From: an uncultured Pseudobdellovibrionaceae bacterium
GTDB lineage: Bacteria > Bdellovibrionota > FAC87 > UBA2466
DNA length: 64,000 nucleotides
Reading direction: 5' to 3'
Assembly: GCA_964604555.1 (NCBI GenBank)
Contig: CAZRZK010000001.1
Location: forward strand, 205,991-269,990
How positions within the stretch are numbered: the stretch's first letter is position 1; the number at the start of each line of letters is the position of its first letter. Positions 57,208-64,000 of this stretch are shown piece by piece. A model generated the notes under the pieces. The model made no database searches. It was not told where the DNA came from and saw nothing but the letters and a program-made list of their open reading frames with translations. A program made the position numbers and the translations under genes.

Positions 57208-58302
57208 ATGAAGGTACTTGCGCTCATCTTCACCTTTTCACTCACTCTTTATGCCCAAGAATGCACCCACCAGTGGGATATTTACTTTGATACCAACCCC
57301 TTACACTCCAAGTACCTTTCCGGTGATACAGCAACCGGTTACGGTGTTTTTAATTACTGGGGCGATCCCAACTTGGTTTTAAAAATCGAAGGACAGTTTC
57401 CTAAATCCCGTTTCTTGAGTTTTGAAAGTGAAGCAACCGAACTTGCCATCAATGAAGATCACCTTTTCGATTATGAAATGGTGGCGAATGAGGGATCGCG
57501 GAATCCCTTTTTGCCTGGAGAGGACATTGCGACTACCAATCGCTCTTACACCGCATGGGCGATGCAAAATCCACCCGCAGGTAGAGTAAATACTTTCCGC
57601 CTTCCATCGGGACGGCTCACTCAAGCGATCATGTATCGGGTCTATTCTCCGAATGAAGGAGTCAAGCTGACCCGTAAAGATTTGCCTCGGGTGTTTGCCT
57701 ATAATCGTTACACCGGACAATCCACGAGTTGCCCTCGTTTTATCTTTAATGATCCCAAGTTCTATTTCCCCCAATTCTTAGCCGGCATTTATACTCTCTT
57801 CACTCCCTTTGAATTCAAGCAACCCGAAAACATGACAATCGCGGGGCTAAACAAAGCAGCGGGATATGCATTTGCCTTAACTCCCTTGTCTACCAATGAA
57901 GTTGTGGTTGTTAAATTCAAAGCTCCCACCTTCTTCAATTCCCATTCAGGGAAGGGAATCTTTTCCTTAGATAGCCAGGTTCGGTATTGGTCCTTCTGCA
58001 CCAGCAATCTTCCCAAAAATCAGACCTTGAATTGCCTCCCCGATTTTAAATCGAAACCGGATAGCAAAGGTTATGTCACAGTAGTGGTGGGAACAGGGGA
58101 TTCGGTTAAGAAAAAAGCTGAACAACAGGGCTATTCTTTTCTGCCCGATGCTCGTCAATGGACCCAAAAAGTAATGGGCTTTGTTTATCGAAATTTAGTA
58201 GTGCGGGAAGACTTTAAGGAAAAGGATATGTATCAAGGTGAATACCTTCCCCATGGAAAGGTCTGCTCACGCAATTCTTTTTTAGCAGGCAGTTGTCGTT
58301 AA
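57208..58302 (+). CDS. Hypothetical secreted protein
   Basis: Signal peptide MKVLALIFTFSLTLYA; 364 aa. Confidence 0.45.
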   Translation: MKVLALIFTFSLTLYAQECTHQWDIYFDTNPLHSKYLSGDTATGYGVFNYWGDPNLVLKIEGQFPKSRFLSFESEATELAINEDHLFDYEMVANEGSRNPFLPGEDIATTNRSYTAWAMQNPPAGRVNTFRLPSGRLTQAIMYRVYSPNEGVKLTRKDLPRVFAYNRYTGQSTSCPRFIFNDPKFYFPQFLAGIYTLFTPFEFKQPENMTIAGLNKAAGYAFALTPLSTNEVVVVKFKAPTFFNSHSGKGIFSLDSQVRYWSFCTSNLPKNQTLNCLPDFKSKPDSKGYVTVVVGTGDSVKKKAEQQGYSFLPDARQWTQKVMGFVYRNLVVREDFKEKDMYQGEYLPHGKVCSRNSFLAGSCR

Positions 58303-58784
58303 TAAACTGCGAATCGATGACATTGCCACCCGCTTCTTAAAAAAGACGCAGGTAGTATTCGGCGGAAGCGTTTGATCAGAATAATTCCGCGAGTGATCAA
58401 TACATAAAATGAACCGATCCAGTTTTGCCATTCGAATCGCATCGAATTTCCTTTTCAGGTAATCGGGCATCCAAATGCCAATGATTTCGAGAAACCACGT
58501 CTGATTAGGATCATTTCTGTTTCGAAGCAGAAAATCGGGAAAGATATGAGAAGGGTCTGCGTGGACCGGTTCGGGTTCCGAGATCAAATCCCAATCTTTA
58601 AATTCCTTCATGAAGTCTCACGCAAATTGAGCCTTTATCTAATACTCACTGGCAATGATCACCTCAATGAAATCTTGGATTTTATGGCGAGATACTTGCT
58701 ACATTCAGAAGGTCCTATTTCCTGCCACAAAAATCAGGGATGATATATTTTCTTCCAACTAAAATCGTATATAAGTCATCCTCG

Positions 58785-59504
58785 ATGAATCAAAAGATTT
58801 TTACCGTTTTATGTCTTTTAGCCCCCATCGCAAGTGCCAATCAGGAAGGGGCGAATCCACCTTTTAAAGGAACCTGCGCTGCGATCACCTATGAATTGTC
58901 GCTCGGGATTGAAAGCCGGATTACCCATTCCGGCCTGGTTGAGTACCAAAATCCGATCTTGCATGAAAAGGGGGGCTCTATCCAGCTTTTAGAAATGGTT
59001 CCCGAAGTATTGAAGGATTACAACCCACTTCCTGACCCTATCTGGCGGGTTGTAACAAAGAGGTTAAGAGGAGAACAAAAAATTCTCCTTGAATTTACGA
59101 GTCCTCAAAACAAGAATGAAAGACTCTCTCTAGACATTACATTATCCGCAACTTACGAGCTATCCTGGGACCTCACCCAGCGTGTCTTTCAGGAAAATTA
59201 TGGAGTTACATTAAGCCATGGCTCCACAATCGTAGGTAAGCTTTATTTTACTAATCCCGCGGTCGATACTCACTTTTATTTACACATCCCGGTAACGGGT
59301 ATCCTGGGATATCCAAGATTTAATCCTAAGGAGCATCACACGAACGTTATGTTAAAACTTTGGAAATCGGGATTGGAAGACGACCTCCTTGAGTTTTATT
59401 TGCCTCCTGATTCCGGTCCCAACGAGCCGTCTTCCAGCCACGATTTCGATCCTAACGAGCCCCAGACACCACCGGGATTCAACAGGATTTCATCTTCCGA
59501 ATAA
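58785..59504 (+). CDS. Hypothetical secreted protein (start at internal Met MNQKIF... with signal peptide)
   Basis: Signal peptide MNQKIFTVLCLLAPIASA; ORF-track start 58740 is an extension. Confidence 0.45.
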   Translation: MNQKIFTVLCLLAPIASANQEGANPPFKGTCAAITYELSLGIESRITHSGLVEYQNPILHEKGGSIQLLEMVPEVLKDYNPLPDPIWRVVTKRLRGEQKILLEFTSPQNKNERLSLDITLSATYELSWDLTQRVFQENYGVTLSHGSTIVGKLYFTNPAVDTHFYLHIPVTGILGYPRFNPKEHHTNVMLKLWKSGLEDDLLEFYLPPDSGPNEPSSSHDFDPNEPQTPPGFNRISSSE

Positions 59505-59516
59505 AAGCAGGGTCAG

Positions 59517-59639
59517 AGGGCCACCGCAAAGTCCTTGGCCAAGTTGTCATGGTGAGGTGCAGCCGAATTCATCTCGTCGTCATTGCTTCTACAATGGGAT
59601 TGCTTCGACCTCTCGCTATAACGACTTTGCGGTGGCCCT
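59517..59639. repeat. 16 bp inverted repeat (GGGCCACCGCAAAGTC / GACTTTGCGGTGGCCC) flanking a degenerate GTCATTGC...GATTGCTTCG copy
   Basis: Seen directly; lies just after stop of 58785..59504. Confidence 0.5.
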
Positions 59640-59766
59640 GGAACCAGAATGAATGGTTGTAAATCTGTGGCAGATAAATAACTTCGCTTTATACTTGTGA
59701 TGAGTTGTTTGACCTTAATCTTCCCCATATCCTATTTACTGGTACTTATCAATCGAGGGGGAACTG

Positions 59767-60327
59767 ATGAAAAATCAATGGATGCTCTGGGGACTCTTTG
59801 GAGTCCTCTCTGTTTTATCCTCTGCAGATCCAATTATGCATTGTGAAGGAGGTCTTTATAACTCAGCAGCTAGCCTCCTTTTTGAAGGGGATCAAATTGT
59901 ATTCGATTACAAGGGCCCCTATTCTATCATTCTCAATCCCTTTGCCGTTTCAATTGGGCTCGCGGTCTCTTCTGAAAATCCTGTGGTGCGAATGGTTTTT
60001 CGGCGTCTCGTCTCTCCGCTAAACGAGAAATGTTTGATTGATTACAAGGAACCTTTTAATCTTCTACGCTGCCCGCTGAACGAGAACGAAATCAGCTCAG
60101 AAATTGAATTCCATTTCAAAGATCAGAGCATAAAGAAGGTCTCTTCCAAATACAGCGCAATTCATTTAGAACGGCACATCACCGAATTTGCAGGTGGGGG
60201 AAAAGCTGACTTTGGATATGTCAAACTCCATTTTATGGCGCTACCGCCTTCTTCCGTTATCCAAGAATTAAAGCTCCCGTTCACTACCATCACTGGTCCG
60301 AATGGATTTCATTATTGCGTCCGATAA
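59767..60327 (+). CDS. Hypothetical secreted protein
   Basis: Signal peptide MKNQWMLWGLFGVLSVLSSA; 186 aa. Confidence 0.45.
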   Translation: MKNQWMLWGLFGVLSVLSSADPIMHCEGGLYNSAASLLFEGDQIVFDYKGPYSIILNPFAVSIGLAVSSENPVVRMVFRRLVSPLNEKCLIDYKEPFNLLRCPLNENEISSEIEFHFKDQSIKKVSSKYSAIHLERHITEFAGGGKADFGYVKLHFMALPPSSVIQELKLPFTTITGPNGFHYCVR

Positions 60328-60498
60328 ATTCCGACTTTATAGGTGAAGCTTGTTTTCGCCGCAATCATTGAACTCAACAGTTTAATCGATCCAAATAGGG
60401 GAAAGCAGGGTTGATCCTGGCTAATTTTTGAAGCGAAAAAAGTTGTGTTATATAACGCAACTTATTTTGATGCTCTATCTAGTCGCTGTCGGGAAATG

Positions 60499-60525
60499 CA
60501 AAAAAACAGCCCCGAAGGGGCTCAC
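60499..60525 (-). terminator. Rho-independent terminator on minus strand (GAGCCCCTTCGGGGCTG + TTTTTTT)
   Basis: Plus strand caaaaaaacagccccgaaggggctc; about 220 nt downstream of ompA-family gene stop. Confidence 0.55.
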
Positions 60526-60744
60526 TTTAATGTATTCCCGAAAGCGGCGTATCCCGAGCGCATGCGAGGGATCTCGTCGTAAATGCTTGAGATGACGAGA
60601 TCCTTCGGACTCCGTCCTCAGGATACGTTCCCGTCGGGAACATATTAATGAGGGCCCTCCGGGCCCACCTTTTTGGATTTCCCGACAGGAACTATCTAAT
60701 AGAATAGAAATGGAAAGAAAGTTTCGGGAGGGCCCTTATTCCCC

Positions 60745-62124
60745 CTAATCCACAATAATAAACTCAACCCGTCGGTTGAGGGCGCGGCCCTCGTCGGTGA
60801 GGTTAGAGGCGCGGGGGCGTTGTTTGCCGTAGCCTTGGACCATGAAGATCTCCTCTGCAAGGCCACGCGAAACGAGGTAGCGTTTCACGCTGGTGGCGCG
60901 GTCCACCGAGAGTTTCATGTTGTAGTTTTCGGTGTGGGAAGAGTCGGTATGGCCAACGATGAGAAGCTTGTTGATTTTGTTTTGCTGGATCACTTGGGCG
61001 ATTTGATCGAGTACGCCTAGGCTGTCTTGGGTGAGTTCGGCGCTGCCGACGAGGAAGTTGATGTTCCGGCCAATGACGAATTTGCGATCCACCACCGCGA
61101 CATCGGCGGTTTTGATGTAATGTTTTCTTTCGGTGGAGTTGAGGCCGAAGGTGTAGCTCACCTGTCCGATGATCTGGTAGTCAGGGCTAAAGGGCACGCC
61201 CGCTCGGAGTCCTTTTCCTAATCCAATATCGCCACCTAATAGAATGGAGAGTCCTTTATTCTCGAATGGAAGGATGCGAGTGCCCAGGGTTAGCTTTGAT
61301 GGCATTTCGGAGTAGGTGAGTCCGCTGTTGGCGTGGATGGTCTGGCTTAATTCGGTGAAAGGGATAAAGTTTCCGGTTTTGATCTCTCCGGCCATGGCGA
61401 GCGTGACGGTGTTGAAGCGACTGAAGTTAAAGTAGGTTTCCGGTTCGATTGTTGGCCCTTTATTGGTGCGCACCTGGGGGGCGTGGTAGCCGATGTTGAA
61501 ATGGAAATAGATCGGGTTCTCACCAGCGCGGTTCACGCCGAGTGTGGCGGCGAGTCCACCGCCGGCACTGAGGGTGGATCCGGCGGGGGCTAGGTTATTA
61601 AAATTGGAGGCGACCAAGATATTGAAGTAAGGGGCGAGCGCGAGAGCTTCATTGGCCCAAAAGCTATACTGAGTGGAGAAGGTAAAATCACCGAGTGATG
61701 AGATCAGCTGTTGTGGATTGCCGAAGGTGGTGGAGGAGTTTCGTCGCATGAGGGAGAGGGTGATGTTTTCCCAGGGGGCATAACCGACAAATAGACTTTC
61801 CGCGATGGTGGTGGCATGGCGATCACCAACTCCTAATTCCGGTCCATTTTGAATGTTGTAATATTCACCGCCAATTCCGAAGGTGAGGGCTCCTTGCGGA
61901 AGGCTTTCAGCGGAACGCACACGGAAGGTTCCGGCCTGCCCTAAATTATTGGGATAAATGTAATCACTGCGGTTGTAGGTAATCTCTGCAGTGACCTCCT
62001 CCTTCCCTTCGACTGTTTCAGTCTTGGTTACAGGGAATTGAGAAGGTTGTTGCACCTGCGGAGGGGCAGCAATTGCGAGTTGCCAAAGAAGCTGAAGAGT
62101 AAGCTGAAAAATGATGAAGTTCAT
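60745..62124 (-). CDS. OmpA-family outer-membrane protein (N-terminal beta-barrel, C-terminal peptidoglycan-binding OmpA domain)
   Basis: Signal peptide; C-terminal NINFLVGSAELT...LLIVGHTDSSHTENYNMKLSVDRATSVKRYLVSRG...ALNRRVEFIIV. Confidence 0.8.
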   Translation of the reverse strand: MNFIIFQLTLQLLWQLAIAAPPQVQQPSQFPVTKTETVEGKEEVTAEITYNRSDYIYPNNLGQAGTFRVRSAESLPQGALTFGIGGEYYNIQNGPELGVGDRHATTIAESLFVGYAPWENITLSLMRRNSSTTFGNPQQLISSLGDFTFSTQYSFWANEALALAPYFNILVASNFNNLAPAGSTLSAGGGLAATLGVNRAGENPIYFHFNIGYHAPQVRTNKGPTIEPETYFNFSRFNTVTLAMAGEIKTGNFIPFTELSQTIHANSGLTYSEMPSKLTLGTRILPFENKGLSILLGGDIGLGKGLRAGVPFSPDYQIIGQVSYTFGLNSTERKHYIKTADVAVVDRKFVIGRNINFLVGSAELTQDSLGVLDQIAQVIQQNKINKLLIVGHTDSSHTENYNMKLSVDRATSVKRYLVSRGLAEEIFMVQGYGKQRPRASNLTDEGRALNRRVEFIIVD

Positions 62125-62246
62125 GAAGGATTTGTGAAGCTATTTTCAATTTTATCACTCCTAGCCCTAAGAATGTGATTTTTCTGCCAAGGTGTAATGC
62201 AGTGCGAAAAAGTATCGTATAATGGGTTTATTGGGAGGGGTTATTT

Positions 62247-62825
62247 GTGAAGAACACCCTTAAAATTGGAATCGTCGCACTCTTTGTTGCATCTACAGGT
62301 CTGACCGCATTTTACCTCATGCAGATTTCGCAAATGTCCCAGGCCATTATGGTCGCTGCAGCTGCCCCGGCTCATGGAGCAAGTGGCGGCCACGGCGCTC
62401 CGGCTGCTGGCGGCGGGCATGGGGCACCTGCTCCGGAAGGAGGAGGGCACGGCGCTCCACCGGCGGAAGGTGGGGGGCATGGAGGTGGGGGAGGCGGCGG
62501 TGGTGGTGGACAGGTCACCATCATGGGGTTGGATGAAGTCTTTGCCAATGTGAATGCAGGACAAGGAGAGAATCGCCGGATGCATATTCTGGGGGTGAAG
62601 CTGGAGCTGGAGCTCTTCGAACCGGAAGGGAAGGAACTTTTGGAAACAAAAATGGCAGGTGTCAAAGATGCCGTGATCACCACTGCCATAGAACAGGATT
62701 ATGACTGGCTTAATACGGTCGCCGGCAAGTTATTTTTTAAAGAGGCTTTGGTCGCCAGAGTAAACCATTACTTTAAGCGGCCGCTGGTTCGTGATATTCA
62801 CTTTACCTCCTATTATGTGCAGTAA
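62247..62825 (+). CDS. FliL-like flagellar basal-body-associated protein with Gly/His/Ala/Pro-rich repeat linker
   Basis: N-terminal TM helix; low-complexity (GGHGAP)n segment; C-terminal ...[82 protein letters not shown] matching FliL family end. Confidence 0.55.
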   Translation: MKNTLKIGIVALFVASTGLTAFYLMQISQMSQAIMVAAAAPAHGASGGHGAPAAGGGHGAPAPEGGGHGAPPAEGGGHGGGGGGGGGGQVTIMGLDEVFANVNAGQGENRRMHILGVKLELELFEPEGKELLETKMAGVKDAVITTAIEQDYDWLNTVAGKLFFKEALVARVNHYFKRPLVRDIHFTSYYVQ

Positions 62826-62832
62826 GGAATGT

Positions 62833-64000
62833 CATGTTTGAAACTACGACCCCGCCCAAGCGAAAAACTCGCATCGTTTGTACCCTAGGCCCAGCCGTCG
62901 AAAGCGAAGAAAAAATCCGAGCCCTCGTGAAAAATGGGATGAATCTAGCCCGTCTTAATTTTTCCCATGGTTCCCATGAAAAGTTTGCCGTTCAGATTGC
63001 CAATCTCAGGAAAGTTGAAAAAGAGGAAGGGAAGCCGGTTGGAATATTAGCCGATATTCAGGGGCCAAAACTTCGGGTGGCAAAGTTAAAAGGTGGAAGC
63101 GTTGAACTCACCGCCGGTCAGAAGGCTTTTATTACGGTAGAGAATATCGAGGGGGGATTGCTACCAAGTGGCGAAGCCTTGATTCCCACCATCTATAAAG
63201 ATTTTGTGAAGGATGTCGATCCCGGTTTTACCGTCCTGCTCGATGATGGTCTTTTGGAGTTAAAAGTATTGGCCCGTAAGAGTGATACCCGTTTGGAATG
63301 CCAGGTGGTTTCCGGTGGATTATTAAAGGACAACAAAGGGATTAACGTTCCCCAAGCCAGTTTCTCTTCGCCTAGTATTACCGAAAAAGATTATGACGAT
63401 ATTCTCTTCTGCACCGAACAAGGGGTCGATTTCATTGCCATGTCCTTCGTTCGAACCGCTCAAGAGGTGAGACATCTCAAGCAGTTTTTAAAATCGCGGG
63501 GAAAACGCACCCAGGTCGTCGCCAAGATTGAAAAGCCCGATGCGATCTCCAACTTAGAGGCGATTATCGACGCGTCCGATGGGATCTTGATTGCCCGTGG
63601 AGATTTAGCGGTCGAAGTGGGGAATGAACGGGTGCCGGTACTGCAAAAGAAGATTATCCGCAAATGTAACTTGCGTGGGAAGACAGTTATCCTGGCGACG
63701 CAAATGTTGATGTCGATGGTCGATAACCCTCGGCCCACTCGCGCCGAAGCTTCGGATGTCGCGAATGCGGTTGTCGATGGCGCCGATGCTTTAATGCTTT
63801 CAAATGAAACGGCTATCGGGGAGTATCCCATTGAATCGCTCCAGATGATGGAGAAGATCGCCCTGGAAATGGAACATGAAGATCGACCCATTGCGATCCA
63901 TTGGAACGAATGGGAACTATCAGAAGAAGGGCAGCACCAAGTCGCTCTTCTTCAAAGCACCGTGCGACTCGCTTCGATCGTGAAGGCCAAGCGAATGGTG
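62833..64000 (+). CDS. pyk: Pyruvate kinase (3' truncated by window edge)
   Basis: [21 protein letters not shown]...ARLNFSHG...[10 protein letters not shown]...; open to window end. Confidence 0.9.

Noticed and set aside
7856-60620. Possibility that the recurring GTCATTGCGAGGA repeats form a CRISPR array
   Set aside because: The copies are dispersed over 50 kb, individually palindromic and irregularly spaced. No cas genes are present. They fit REP/BIME-type elements, not CRISPR repeats.
62372-62689. Minus-strand Pro-rich 105 aa ORF
   Set aside because: It is the antisense reading of the Gly-rich (GGHGAP)n repeat of the FliL-like gene, a low-complexity artefact.

Overview
This 64 kb window looks like chromosomal DNA from a diderm (Gram-negative) bacterium with roughly 50% GC. 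I cannot assign a taxon from sequence alone. It starts at a GGATCC site, but internal GGATCC sites also exist.

Housekeeping blocks I can support:
- A minus-strand envC-like LytM peptidase, ftsX and ftsE operon, followed by tRNA-Cys(GCA) and tRNA-Arg(TCG).
- plsY and a secreted thioredoxin-fold (CPPC) protein.
- A minus-strand TCA/energy block: icd, mdh, sucC, sucD, ndk.
- A DegP/HtrA protease with a PDZ domain.
- trxB followed by a membrane-anchored HdrD/GlpC-like Fe-S (CCG-domain) oxidoreductase.
- alaS, an LptF/G permease, def, fmt, an OsmC/Ohr protein, fumC, an OmpA-family OMP, a FliL-like protein and a truncated pyruvate kinase.

Accessory content:
- A small glycan module: DegT aminotransferase, GT11 fucosyltransferase-like enzyme and GNAT.
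- A roughly 2.8 kb toxin-antitoxin islet (HigB/HigA, DUF4160/DUF2442, HicA/HicB) bounded by imperfect 70 bp direct repeats. The left repeat is a decayed duplicate of the 3' end of the flanking SDR gene, the footprint of a site-specific insertion.
- A RelE/RHH pair, and an orphan RHH antitoxin whose toxin position is occupied by a MITE-like element with about 30-40 bp terminal inverted repeats.
- A family of REP-like palindromic elements (cores GTCATTGCGAGGA and GATTGCTTCGTCGC) in at least 8 copies at gene 3' ends. They create spurious N- or C-terminal ORF extensions.
- A textbook sigma-54 promoter upstream of a 7-blade FG-GAP beta-propeller protein.
- A tightly overlapping six-gene operon of secreted unknown proteins, led by a PSCyt1-like c-type cytochrome and ending in a CxxCH protein.
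- An 838 aa secreted protein fusing a PSCyt1 CxxCH domain, a second CxxCH motif and a C-terminal FGE-sulfatase (SUMF1-like) domain.
- A secreted protein made of six roughly 55 aa repeats, each with a CGxxC motif.
- Several Cys-rich small secreted proteins.

No rRNA, CRISPR array or recognisable transposase/integrase gene was seen.
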